Notes under the pieces: model-generated
The model's database searches: none
Told to the model about the DNA's origin: nothing
The model's input: the letters and a program-made list of their open reading frames with translations, nothing else
Program-made: the position numbers and the translations under genes
Part shown: positions 29,415 to 39,997 of the stretch, one piece after another
Position numbering within the stretch: the first letter of the stretch is position 1
Layout of the letters: each line of letters opens with the position of its first letter
Assembly: GCA_963847185.1 (NCBI GenBank)
Contig: CAWJYV010000010.1
Coordinates: 608,001 to 672,000 of the forward strand
From: an uncultured Methanosarcinaceae archaeon
GTDB lineage: Archaea; Halobacteriota; Methanosarcinia; Methanosarcinales; Methanosarcinaceae
Length of the DNA: 64,000 bases
Direction: 5' to 3'

Positions 29415-32156
29415 ATGTCACCTCTATCCAATCAAACTACATCGCCGGATCCGGCCCTAACGGCTCCAGATATCAAATGGTACACACTTGAGCCAGCGGA
29501 AGTCGCCAGTCGGCTCCAGGTCGATCCAGCCAAAGGTTTGAGCACCGCTGAGGCACAGCAGCGCCTGCAGCAGTATGGTCCGAACCACCTGGCGGATAAG
29601 AAAAAGGAGCCGGGCTGGCAGGCCTTTTTGCGTCAGTACCGCGATCTCATGCAGATCGTCCTGTCGGTGGCTGCGGCCGTCAATCAGCTCTTCACAGGAC
29701 AATGGGGGACCACGCTGGTGCTATTGAGCCTGACCGTCTTCAACGCGGTTCTGGGCCTGCGCCAGGAAGCAAAGGCCGAGGCCAGCCTGGCGACGCTGGC
29801 AGGAAAGATGAAAAACATTGCCCGTGTGCGACGGGACGGAGAGGAAAAGGAAATCGAGGCCGAAGGGCTGGTGCCTGGCGATATCGTGTTGATGGAGGCA
29901 GGCAACGTTGTCCCTGCTGATGGCCGTCTGTTCCTGGTGGCCACGATGGAGATTGAGGAGGCCGCCCTTACCGGCGAGAGCGTCGCCACGCTAAAGGACA
30001 TCACTGCCATTACCAAGCCTGAGGTCCCCTTAGGTGACCGCGTGAACATGGCGTTCATGAACACATCGGTCACCCGTGGTCGTGGCGAGATGATCGTTAC
30101 CACTACCGGCATGGACACCGAGATGGGGCATATCGCTGATCTTCTCAACAAGACCGAGGCAGATAAGACGCCCTTGCAGAAGCAGCTCGACCGGCTGACT
30201 ATGATGATTGCGGTACTGGCGGGCCTCGCTTTCATCCTGATGATCATATTGGGACTGCGCAATGGGCAGGCGCTGGACGCCATCTTCGTTGCCGGCGTGG
30301 CACTTGCGGTCTCGGCAATCCCAACCGGCCTGCCGGCCGTGGTAACCACCATGTACTCCATGGGCACGCGGGCGCTGGCATCCCATAACGCCATTGTTAA
30401 GCGGCTGCCTTCGGTGGAGACACTGGGCTCGGTCTCAGCCATCTGCTCCGATAAGACCGGCACGCTGACGCTTAACAAGATGACAGCTCGCGAGTTTGTC
30501 GTACCTGGCCAGAACCGTTACAAAGTGACCGGCGAAGGCTACAGCACACAGGGGAAGTTGCAGCATGCCGGTGGCGCCAGGATCGACCTCGATGCAGTAC
30601 TGCTGCCGATGGCGCTATGCGCCGACGCCCGCCTCGACGGTGAAACATTGATCGGAGACCCGACCGAAGGTGCGCTGATCGTGTTGGCCGAGAAGGGCGG
30701 CATCAGCGTGGAAGGAGCTCGACAGATGTACCCAAGAGTGGCCGAAGTACCGTTCGACTCAGACTACAAGTTCATGGCCACGTTCCACAACATGAAGAAC
30801 GAGCAGGGACAGCCGGTGGTTCGCTGTTTCGTCAAGGGAGCGCCGGATGTGCTGATTGCGCGTTCTGGTTCTTACTGGCTGCCGGGCGGCGATGTGCAGC
30901 CGATCACTGACGATAATCGCCATTTTGCGCTCCAGGAAAACGAGCGTATGGCTAAAGCGGGCGAACGCGTCATGGTGGTCGCCCGTCGTGACTTCGATAC
31001 TGCTACCTTCAATCCAAAGGGCAAACTGCTCGATCTGGTGAAGGATCTCACCCTCCTGGCCATGGTTGGCATCGTCGATCCCCCGCGGGCCGAGGCCAAA
31101 GACGCCATTGCCAAATGCCACAGCGCCGGCATCCAGGTGCGTATGATCACCGGCGATCATGCAGTGACCGCTGCTGCCATCGGTCACGAGCTGGGCATCG
31201 AGGGTACAGCTTTAACCGGGGCTCAATTTGCCGCCATTCCTGACGAGCAGTTGAAACAACAATTGGGCCAGATCGGAGTGGTGGCCCGCGTGTCGCCGGA
31301 GGATAAGATCCGGTTGGTGACGCTGCTCCAACAGAATGAGAACGTCGTGGCCATGACCGGAGATGGTGTCAACGATGCCCCGGCACTGAAGAAAGCCGAT
31401 ATCGGCGTGGCCATGGGTATCACCGGTACTGAAGTCTCCAAGGAAGCGGCGGTGATGATCCTGACCGACGATAACTTCGCCACTATCGTCAAGGCGGTAG
31501 AATATGGCCGTCACATTTACAACAACCTGTTCAATTTCGTCCGTTTCCAGATGGAGCAGTTAGTGGCATTCATTGCTTCCTACCTGCTGGCTGCGCTGTT
31601 CGTTGTGCTTGGAGGTACACCGTTCACACCACTCGTTATCCTGTTTCTGAACTACTTTATCACGGTCCCGGTGGGTGTCGCGCTGGGGTTTGATAAACCG
31701 GCCCCGGATCTGATGGAGAAAAAGCCCCGACCGATGAAGCAACCCATCTTGTCTCTTTCACAATGGGTACGCATCATCATTATCGGTATCCTGACTGCGA
31801 TTGCCACGGTCTATCTGGAGGCGATCTACGAGGTGACCACCATAGGCTTTGTTGCTTTTTCTCTCCTCAGCATTGTCATGGGCCTCAGCGCACGTAGCGA
31901 AACCGCTACCGCCCTAAACCGGGATATTTTGCATGATCGAAACCAAATGTTCCTATACGGCCTGGCTTTTTTGGTGACCTTCCTGGCAACCGAACTCGGC
32001 TTTCTTCAGCGCATCCTAGGCCTGACCTCGCTAAACGGAAAACAGTGGCTGATATGCCTTGCCATCGCTATCACCTTGCTGCTCGTCGACGAGGTCATCA
32101 AGTTATTCCTGCGCAACCGCCTCAGCGCCAGCTCAGGTATAAGCGGTAACATCTGA
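29415..32156 (+). CDS. P-type ATPase (P2-like architecture) with a non-canonical transport site
   Basis: TGES, DKTGT, KGAPD, MITGDH and GDGVNDAPALK present; M4 reads AIPTGLP; GC-rich. Confidence 0.92.
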   Translation: MSPLSNQTTSPDPALTAPDIKWYTLEPAEVASRLQVDPAKGLSTAEAQQRLQQYGPNHLADKKKEPGWQAFLRQYRDLMQIVLSVAAAVNQLFTGQWGTTLVLLSLTVFNAVLGLRQEAKAEASLATLAGKMKNIARVRRDGEEKEIEAEGLVPGDIVLMEAGNVVPADGRLFLVATMEIEEAALTGESVATLKDITAITKPEVPLGDRVNMAFMNTSVTRGRGEMIVTTTGMDTEMGHIADLLNKTEADKTPLQKQLDRLTMMIAVLAGLAFILMIILGLRNGQALDAIFVAGVALAVSAIPTGLPAVVTTMYSMGTRALASHNAIVKRLPSVETLGSVSAICSDKTGTLTLNKMTAREFVVPGQNRYKVTGEGYSTQGKLQHAGGARIDLDAVLLPMALCADARLDGETLIGDPTEGALIVLAEKGGISVEGARQMYPRVAEVPFDSDYKFMATFHNMKNEQGQPVVRCFVKGAPDVLIARSGSYWLPGGDVQPITDDNRHFALQENERMAKAGERVMVVARRDFDTATFNPKGKLLDLVKDLTLLAMVGIVDPPRAEAKDAIAKCHSAGIQVRMITGDHAVTAAAIGHELGIEGTALTGAQFAAIPDEQLKQQLGQIGVVARVSPEDKIRLVTLLQQNENVVAMTGDGVNDAPALKKADIGVAMGITGTEVSKEAAVMILTDDNFATIVKAVEYGRHIYNNLFNFVRFQMEQLVAFIASYLLAALFVVLGGTPFTPLVILFLNYFITVPVGVALGFDKPAPDLMEKKPRPMKQPILSLSQWVRIIIIGILTAIATVYLEAIYEVTTIGFVAFSLLSIVMGLSARSETATALNRDILHDRNQMFLYGLAFLVTFLATELGFLQRILGLTSLNGKQWLICLAIAITLLLVDEVIKLFLRNRLSASSGISGNI

Positions 32157-32169
32157 ATCCGTCCATGAT

Positions 32170-32600
32170 GTGCTCACAATTCTCCAGGATCTTTTTAGTA
32201 GCCACAAAAATAGCAGGGTATCCGCAGTCTGCAGTTACTTCAATCATTTTAGGATTAGCGGTAAAACCTGAGAAATTGTTTACAATTTCGTTTCCTCTTT
32301 TTAGAGCTTTTTCTTCAATTTCAGAAAGCACTACCTACAGAAGTATCCACAGAAATATGGCATTCATATGCCTTCCAAAGCTTCAAGCACTGGCAAAATA
32401 CGCTCAGGTTCTCCTTCTTAGTTATTTTTTTACGATCTTTATCAGGAAGGCAATTACTGATGATATTATATGATCTAGCCGCCAATGACTATAAAGAACC
32501 CTAATAACCGCCTCTCATAAATACAGAATCCATTCACTTTTCTTAGCGTGGTACGCAACTTGTCTGAAAGAGATCCTGATACCGGTTGTTTATAAGAGCT
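32170..32600 (-). pseudogene. Dihydropteroate synthase (FolP)-like relic, frameshifted and truncated
   Basis: Minus-strand fragments ERILPVLEALEG, ISVDT and EKALKRGNEIVNNFSGFTANPKMIEV resemble the pterin-binding barrel motifs; boundaries are approximate. Confidence 0.55.
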
Positions 32601-32898
32601 TGTTCTTTTTCTAATTATCAAGCTTGATTATTTTTTTAATAAATAGCTCGTACTTGATGATTCCAATAGTATATTTTATAAATTCAAAATTATATTTAGG
32701 TTATAGTTATTGTAGCAATATAAAAGAAAGAAGTTCAAATATAATAACACAAATCGAGGTAACTGGCATTATAGCTATACCTTAAGGTTATCAGATATAA
32801 CCAGATGCAAATTATTTTTTAATTATACACGAAATATAAAATTAACAGATTAATTTATTCACTGATCATTGAAGGCCAGGCATTTTGTCGCTTAAGAG

Positions 32899-35800
32899 AT
32901 GGAGACTAAAGGGATAATGGCAGCTAAAATGAAGCAATTTCCAGCAATAAACTCGAATCCTGTGCTCAGTGTGACAAAGGATGGAGTTATTATTTACTCA
33001 AATGAGGCTGGTGAGTCCTTATTGCATGAGTGGGGCGTGAGAGTGGGAGAAAATTTGCCTCCGCATATCGAAATTTGTGTTCATAAGGCAATTTCTCAGG
33101 AAGGCATTGAAAAAATAGAAATTAAAATGGGTAAAAGAGTATACTTTTTTGTTTTTCACTCCTTGCCTGAACAAGGATACGTAAACATTTATGGATTTGA
33201 TATAAGTAACCGTAAAAGGTTCGAGGGAGAACTTCAGGAAAGTGAAGCTCAAGAAAAGACAAACCTTGAACTTGCCAATATTATTGATGTTAAAGCGGTC
33301 CATTCCCTTATGAATGATTTTTACAGGCTTGCTCATATTCCCATGGCCTTACTTGATCTTAAGGGTAATGTTATTGTAGGCGTCGGATGGCAGGATATCT
33401 GCACGAAATTCCATAGGGTTAATCCTGAAACCTGCAAGCATTGCATAGAAAGCGACATTAATCTGTCCACGAGGGTTGCTCCTGGAGAATATAAACTGTA
33501 CAAGTGCAAGAACAATATGTGGGACGTAGTAACTCCAATTATGGTGGAAGGACAGCATATAGGCAATATCTTCACAGGACAGTTCTTCTTTGAAGACGAG
33601 CCTCTGGACTATGAATTTTTCCGATCCCAGGCCAGACAATATAGATTCAACGAGGAGGAATACATAGCAGCGCTTGAAAAAGTTCCTCGGCTGAGCAGAG
33701 AAGCTGTGGATACAGGCATGGCTTTCTTAATGACCTTTGCTAATATGATCTCACAGCTAAGCTACAGTAATATAAAGCTATCTCAATCACTGGCGGAACG
33801 CGATGCTGTTGTAGACGCATTGAAAGAGAGCGAGAAACGTGAGAAAGCTCGCTCGGAGGAACTGGCAGCAGTATTGGATGCCGTTCCTGTCTCCGTTTAT
33901 ATAGCGCATGATCCCCAAGCACTTAAGATAAGTGGTAACCGCCTATCCTACGAATGGCTACAGGTTCCTATTGGTACAAACTTTTCCAAGTCAACTCCTG
34001 AAGGAGAGAAACCAGAGTTTTTTAAGTTATTCAAGAACGGGAAAGAAATCCCACCTGAAAAAATGCCGTCGCAGATGGCAGCTGTAGGTAGAGAAGTAAA
34101 CGACTGCGAGCTAGATATTGTATCTGTTGACGGCGATATACGGCATGTATTGGGCAATGCCAGACCCTTACGTGATGAGCACGGGAAGCTACGAGGGTCA
34201 GTATCTGCATTTATAGATATTACCGAACGCAAAAAAGTAGAGGATGCACTTCGTGAAAGTGAAGAACGTCTGCGTCTTCTAAGCGACAACCTGCCAGACA
34301 GTGCTGTATATCAGTATGTCCTTGAGCCCGGCGGTAGTGTCCATTTTGTATACTTCAGCGTAGGCATCGAGCGTCTCAACGGTATCAAAGTATCCGATGT
34401 ACTTCGTGATCCGGGCACGCTACACCGGCAAATCCAGCATGATTATTATGAAAGGCTCATCGAAGCCGAAGCACGTAGTGCCCGTGAATTGTCAGATTTT
34501 GATATGGAATTACCTATGCATCTGTCCGACGGTCAGGTGAAGTGGATGAGATTACACTCCCGTCCGCGACGACTATCTGATGGCCGAATTATTTGGGACG
34601 GTGTACAAACCGACGTCACAAAGGTAAAAAGGGCTGAAGAAGTGCTGTACGAGAATGAGTTACGTAGTAAGGTTACCGAAGCTGTCGATACTGAACGGAG
34701 ACGGTTCTTTGATGTACTGGAGACACTGCCAGTGATGGTTGCTCTGTTAACACCTGACCATCACGTTGCCTTTGCTAACCGCTGTTTCCGTGAGAAGTTT
34801 GGGGAATCAGGCGGTCGACACTGTTTTGAATATCGTTTTGGGCGCACCAATCCATGTGAGTTCTGCAAAGCATATAAGGTACTTGAAACCGGTATGCCCC
34901 ATCATTGGGAGGTCACCATGCCGGACGGAAGCTTGTTTGATACCTATGACTTTCCGTTTACAGATGTTGACGGTTCTCCTATGGTCCTTGAGATGGATAT
35001 TGACATCACCAAGCGAAAAGAAGCAGAAGAAAAACTTCGGGATAGTGAGGAAAAGTACCGAAACATCGTTGAGACAGCAAATGAGCTTATACTTATAACT
35101 GACACAGAAAATGTAATCATTTACATTAACAAGAAAATAGAGGACATGCTTGGATATACTATCGAAGAAGTTATTGGCAGATTAATATGGGATTTCATCA
35201 GTGAAGAATGCGAACCTATTGTCAAAATGAATCTGGAAAATCGGAGGCAGGGAGTAAGCGAGAGCTATGAATTGAAATTAATACGCAAAGATGGCTCCCC
35301 TCTCTGGGCATTTCTAAATGCTAAACCCCTTTTTAATAAGGAAGGCAGGTTTATGGGCGTTATGAGTATGTTAACTGATATTACCAAGCGAAAAGAAGCT
35401 GAAGAAGCTCTTACTAATATCGAAACTGCCCGTAAAAAGGAAATCCATCATAGAATCAAGAATAACCTTCAGGTAATCTCTTCTCTCCTTGACCTTCAGG
35501 CTGAACAGTTCAGAAATCGAGAAAATATTAAGGATTCAGAAGTTTTGGAAGCTTTCAGGGAAAGCCAGGACAGAGTAATATCCATGGCTTTGATACACGA
35601 GGAGCTGTATAAAGGCGGCGGATTCGAAACACTAAACTTTTCTCCGTACATTCAGGAACTCGCTGAGAATCTTTTACTGACATACAGGCTTGGAGATACT
35701 GATATCAGCTTAAATCTGGATCTTGAAGAAAATGTTCTCTTTGATATGGATATTGCAGTCCCATTGGGAATAATTGTCAATGAACTTGTTTCCAATTCTC

Positions 35801-36120
35801 TAAAACATGCATTTCCTGACAGAAAGACAGGAGAAATCAGAATCAAACTCAGTAAAGAACAAAGTGAAGAATGTATAAACGGCATAACTGAAGACTGTAA
35901 GAGCATCAACTTCTGTAAAAGCATCAACTTTACTCTAACCGTTTCAGATGACGGCATAGGCATCCCTGAAAATCTTAATATTGAAGATCTTGATAGTCTT
36001 GGATTTCAGCTTGTAACTTCTCTTGTAGACCAATTAGATGGAGAGTTTGAATTGAAAAGGAAAAATGGTACAGAGTTCACTATAAGGTTTAAAGTGACAG
36101 AAAAAGATAATCTGGCTTAA
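32899..36120 (+). CDS. Cytoplasmic sensor histidine kinase: PAS + PocR + multiple PAS/PAC + HisKA_2/HATPase
   Basis: PocR-like WQDICTKFHR..C..YKCKNNMWD; repeated DITxRK PAC ends; KEIHHRIKNNLQ, NELVSNSLKHAF, DDGIG, SLGFQLV. Confidence 0.92.
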   Translation: METKGIMAAKMKQFPAINSNPVLSVTKDGVIIYSNEAGESLLHEWGVRVGENLPPHIEICVHKAISQEGIEKIEIKMGKRVYFFVFHSLPEQGYVNIYGFDISNRKRFEGELQESEAQEKTNLELANIIDVKAVHSLMNDFYRLAHIPMALLDLKGNVIVGVGWQDICTKFHRVNPETCKHCIESDINLSTRVAPGEYKLYKCKNNMWDVVTPIMVEGQHIGNIFTGQFFFEDEPLDYEFFRSQARQYRFNEEEYIAALEKVPRLSREAVDTGMAFLMTFANMISQLSYSNIKLSQSLAERDAVVDALKESEKREKARSEELAAVLDAVPVSVYIAHDPQALKISGNRLSYEWLQVPIGTNFSKSTPEGEKPEFFKLFKNGKEIPPEKMPSQMAAVGREVNDCELDIVSVDGDIRHVLGNARPLRDEHGKLRGSVSAFIDITERKKVEDALRESEERLRLLSDNLPDSAVYQYVLEPGGSVHFVYFSVGIERLNGIKVSDVLRDPGTLHRQIQHDYYERLIEAEARSARELSDFDMELPMHLSDGQVKWMRLHSRPRRLSDGRIIWDGVQTDVTKVKRAEEVLYENELRSKVTEAVDTERRRFFDVLETLPVMVALLTPDHHVAFANRCFREKFGESGGRHCFEYRFGRTNPCEFCKAYKVLETGMPHHWEVTMPDGSLFDTYDFPFTDVDGSPMVLEMDIDITKRKEAEEKLRDSEEKYRNIVETANELILITDTENVIIYINKKIEDMLGYTIEEVIGRLIWDFISEECEPIVKMNLENRRQGVSESYELKLIRKDGSPLWAFLNAKPLFNKEGRFMGVMSMLTDITKRKEAEEALTNIETARKKEIHHRIKNNLQVISSLLDLQAEQFRNRENIKDSEVLEAFRESQDRVISMALIHEELYKGGGFETLNFSPYIQELAENLLLTYRLGDTDISLNLDLEENVLFDMDIAVPLGIIVNELVSNSLKHAFPDRKTGEIRIKLSKEQSEECINGITEDCKSINFCKSINFTLTVSDDGIGIPENLNIEDLDSLGFQLVTSLVDQLDGEFELKRKNGTEFTIRFKVTEKDNLA

Positions 36121-36156
36121 GTCAGCTTAAATCACAAGAAAATAGATAAAAAAGTT

Positions 36157-36244
36157 TGGTGCGAGAAGTGATATTCGAATGCATGAATACCTACGAGACT
36201 GGACTTCAAATGTGATGCCTTTGAACTTTCTGGGCAATCCTCAC
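36157..36244 (-). pseudogene. Full-length decayed tRNA-Leu with encoded CCA
   Basis: Reverse complement GTGAGGATTGCCCAGAAAGTTCAAAGGC...TCCAGTCTCGTAGG...TTCGAATATCACTTCTCGCACCA; stems and anticodon arm are disrupted. Confidence 0.75.
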
Positions 36245-36388
36245 ATCTCGACTTCTCTACTTAAAATTATAGTCATCTATTTTCACGATAAACTGGTGAA
36301 ATTTAACCTTTTCTTAAAACAAACTGCTCTTAAAGTAAAATAGAATAGAGTGGGGTAGAAAAATGCTATTAAAAAATTAAATTGGTTG

Positions 36389-36899
36389 TTAAGTATTCTC
36401 TTCAAAACATAGCTCAATGATTTTTTCTACAAGCTCCGGAATACTCTCCCTTCCTTTAATTTTAATTGAAAAATCAGCATATTTCAGGTACAAAATTCTC
36501 CTCTCTTCAAATAGTTCCTTTAAGCTTCGGTCTCTGAGACCTACTATACCTCTTTTTCTTGCATTAGGAATCCTTTTTACAATACTCCTGAAAGGAGCAT
36601 CCAGAAAAACAATTTTTGAAACATTTTTTAAGATGTTCCATGGACTTTTCGGAATAAACAACACTTCCACCAGGAGAAATGATACATCCTTCAACCAGTC
36701 CGAGCTTGAGAATAGCTTCTTCTTCAAATCTAATGAGAGAGGAATCCCCCTCTTTGTCAATAAGGACCTGAAGAGGGGCTCCGGCTGATTCCGTGATCAA
36801 GCGATCAACCTCTATAAAAGTATAGCTCAGGCGCTTTGAAAGTGCCTTTCCAATAGTACTCTTCCCCGCTCCTGCCATACCAATTAATGTTATGTTCAT
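36389..36899 (-). pseudogene. aroK: Shikimate kinase (AroK-type), +1 frameshift in an A6 run at 36624-36629
   Basis: MNITLIGMAGAGKST...ISPGGSVVY in one frame; SKIVFLDAPF...ERRILYLKYAD in the other. Confidence 0.85.
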
Positions 36900-37233
36900 T
36901 GCCGCATCCTTCCAGGATATAATATCAAGGGATCTGCTGTCTAAAACTCTCATGAATAAAGGCCTTTATATCGAAAATTATCTTGACAAAATATATTCTC
37001 AAGCTATATAAAACGTACAATACCGGAATTTTTATGAAAAGGATAAAAAATATTAAGGCTTCCCTTAATATTTTAAGAAAGATTTTTCCGGATTTTCCAG
37101 CCATTTATAAGTAGTTCATTTCTTACTATACAGAATCCCTTTCGGGGGGGAGATTCACAATTAGTATTGACTATCTTTCCTTCTTTTTGCCCTTATTTGA
37201 CTGCTGCAAAGTATGTCATTTTTTAAAAAAGAA

Positions 37234-37743
37234 TCAAATTAATTCTCTATATTTTATCACTTTTGCAGGGTTACCTACAGCAATTGCGTATTCTGGAATA
37301 TCTCTCGTAACAACAGAGCCTGCTCCGATTACTGCACCATCACCAATACAAACTCCTTTTAAAACAGTTGCATTCGCTCCAATCCATACATCGTTTCCAA
37401 CTTTGATAGGCTTTCTAATACGGGGCTGTTCTCTGATAAGTTCTCCTCTTTTAATTCCATGGTCTCTTCCCCATATTACAGTTTTAGGACCAATTTGAAC
37501 ATCATTTCCAATTACGATTTCTCCTAGAATATGGCAACCTGCGTTCATATAAAAGTTATTTCCAATTGTTATTTCTGGATCTCCTGTTAGCCTGCAATAA
37601 GGTTCTATTTGAGCGCTTCCGATGAAGTTGACTCCCGAAAATGTGCAATTATTATTTATCACTACGCCTCTTCTTCTCAATAAAAGCCTTTTTGCGAATA
37701 ATCTCATTTTATTCTGTAGGTTTTTAGGCATATTTATTGACAC
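37234..37743 (-). CDS. Hexapeptide-repeat sugar O-acyltransferase
   Basis: [45 protein letters not shown]. Confidence 0.88.
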   Translation of the reverse strand: MSINMPKNLQNKMRLFAKRLLLRRRGVVINNNCTFSGVNFIGSAQIEPYCRLTGDPEITIGNNFYMNAGCHILGEIVIGNDVQIGPKTVIWGRDHGIKRGELIREQPRIRKPIKVGNDVWIGANATVLKGVCIGDGAVIGAGSVVTRDIPEYAIAVGNPAKVIKYRELI

Positions 37744-37831
37744 CTCTAACCTGACTTACAAAAACATTAATTATATAGGGAAAACCAAAGTTTCCCTTTA
37801 TATTTACTAAAAGCAACTCAGTTTCCTAACA

Positions 37832-39097
37832 TCAAAAGTTATCAGGATCATCTGCATGATCTGAAATACGATTAGCTCTCCAAAACCCAGGAAATAAAGA
37901 GATTTGTGGTTTACGGGGCAGGTTCATTCTCAGGACTCTTAAGAATTTCGCGATGATTCCCCCAGCCATATCTATGCAATCCTTCAAAAATGGCTGTATG
38001 TCTTTTTCATCATAGACAGCAATGTAAGTTTTTTCAGAGTCTTTAATATTTCTTATAAATGTCCGTAAGTAATTTTTACGCCTTGTGAGGTTTATTATTT
38101 CATGTTTTAGATACACGAAATGAATATCTTTATTCTTAATTTGTGTCTGGCAGTCTACTTTTTCTCCAAGTGCATCAAGGTACTGAGAGTAATGGAGATC
38201 TACCCCTGAAAGGTTTCCCATCCTATGCCACATCATCGAACGCAGATTTATCTCCATAAGCTTGTATTTTTTATCCCTTGAGTCGTACTTGAATTCGGGC
38301 TCTGCAATCCCTTTTAAATCCATGCCCTCAAGGAGAGCTCTTCCCTGTATCCTCACTTCCGCTGGAGCCTCATTTGAGGCACTTGAGAATACTCCAAAAT
38401 TATTCGGATACTGAGCAAGTTTTCTTCCTGTCCACTCATTGAGGATTTTTCCTTTCATGTCCCGGTAGGCAACATAAGCATATATGCAGTCGTCATTTCC
38501 AGGAATCATTTCAGAGGCTAAAAACTTAATCCCGGAAGCCAGATGAGTCTCTATGTATTCTCTTACTTCATCCAGGTCCTCGGGGCTGTTAATCTTTTTA
38601 TTCCTGAAGACTTTTCCTTTCAGGTCTTCTCTTTTATTGGGCTTTAACAGGATAGGAAACGGGAGGAGTTTGATTTTTTCTATGTCTTCTTTAACTTGAA
38701 TAGAAAATGTTTTAGGATAGGGAATACCCAGTTTTTCACAATAAGAGTACTGAACAGATTTGTCCAGGCATTTCTGCAAATTTTTCGGGTTAAAGGATAA
38801 AAAGCAGAAAGAACAAATGTCATTGTAGAGGGCATGCAGGTGTTCAAGATGTAAATCACTGGTTGGAAACACAATTATTTTTTCGTATTCATTATGTAAT
38901 TTTTTAATCTCTCGATGCAGGCTTTCTGGGGTTTTTTCAATAAGCACAAATTTATTTATCTTGTTACTGTATGAAGCCAGTTCTCTTGAATACGCAAAAA
39001 GAATTATTTCTCTTACCTTTTTTTCATACAACTCCTGAATTATTGAAAAACCATTTACGTATCCCCCTAAAACAAGGACACAGTGACTCTTTTTCAT
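37832..39097 (-). CDS. ATP-grasp carboxylate-amine ligase (D-aspartate-ligase-like)
   Basis: LDKS, FPILLKP, EMIPG, EPEFKYD..YKLMEINLR. Confidence 0.8.
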   Translation of the reverse strand: MKKSHCVLVLGGYVNGFSIIQELYEKKVREIILFAYSRELASYSNKINKFVLIEKTPESLHREIKKLHNEYEKIIVFPTSDLHLEHLHALYNDICSFCFLSFNPKNLQKCLDKSVQYSYCEKLGIPYPKTFSIQVKEDIEKIKLLPFPILLKPNKREDLKGKVFRNKKINSPEDLDEVREYIETHLASGIKFLASEMIPGNDDCIYAYVAYRDMKGKILNEWTGRKLAQYPNNFGVFSSASNEAPAEVRIQGRALLEGMDLKGIAEPEFKYDSRDKKYKLMEINLRSMMWHRMGNLSGVDLHYSQYLDALGEKVDCQTQIKNKDIHFVYLKHEIINLTRRKNYLRTFIRNIKDSEKTYIAVYDEKDIQPFLKDCIDMAGGIIAKFLRVLRMNLPRKPQISLFPGFWRANRISDHADDPDNF

Positions 39098-39997
39098 ACG
39101 AACTCATCCCAAAACTTGATTAGATATCTTTATTATCATTATTATGGCCCTCAAAAATGAGAGCCCGGCTTTGAATCCTATATTAATCAGCTACAAGGAA
39201 CTGAATATTTATACTCAAACATTTACAGTCTTTTAGTTCAAATTACTTGAGGTAATTAATATAAAAATAATTATATTGTTAACAGAGTAAAAACTGCTTA
39301 CATTTTAAAAAATATTATCTATCATTCTATTTTATATTATAGTAGTTATTATGTTATATTATATAAAAATGATTTGTTGATGAAAATCTCCCAACATATT
39401 TTGATACTAACAATGAAGCTCAGTGTTTTTTTCCATAATTAAAGGCTCAACTGTGAGTTATAAATACCGAATTCAAAAAAGCGGATTTTAGTTTAGGGAG
39501 TAAGTACTCAGCTATTCTTTTATTTTTCCCGCTGTATTATTAAAATTACCATACTAAAATTTAAATATACTTACTGGATATAAATAAAAGAATAGATTGA
39601 TTTTACGTTTAAAAGTTATTTACCCATTTTCTCCTGAAATAAAGCTTATTTATCGATTTTAAAGCTTTATAAATTGTTTTAAAGGTTTCATTACTCCTAA
39701 GGATTGGAAGATCACGGACGTTCACCCTTTTTAGCACAATCAACACTATATCAGGAATCTCTAAAAAATCGAAATTAGAGTTTCAAAAGAGCATATGTAA
39801 TGTTTTCATTGAACTCTTCTGATTCTGTATTAGACAGAATCAGATTGGACTTCTCCGTTCAAAAAAGATTTGCAGAGTAAAAAACATTATATTTATTCCT
39901 CATTAGGTGCAGCTTGTTTTTAATACAATTTGAATTTACCGTGAGAATAAATGTATTAGAAAAAACGCAGTGTACAGGGAAACCAGCTCCTTCTGTT

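Noticed and set aside
28222-31514. Long antisense ORFs (28222-29421, 29684-30478 and others)
   Set aside because: Shadow frames of GC-rich coding genes with no recognisable motifs.
36157-36244. Functional tRNA-Leu
   Set aside because: Acceptor, T and anticodon stems contain multiple mismatches.
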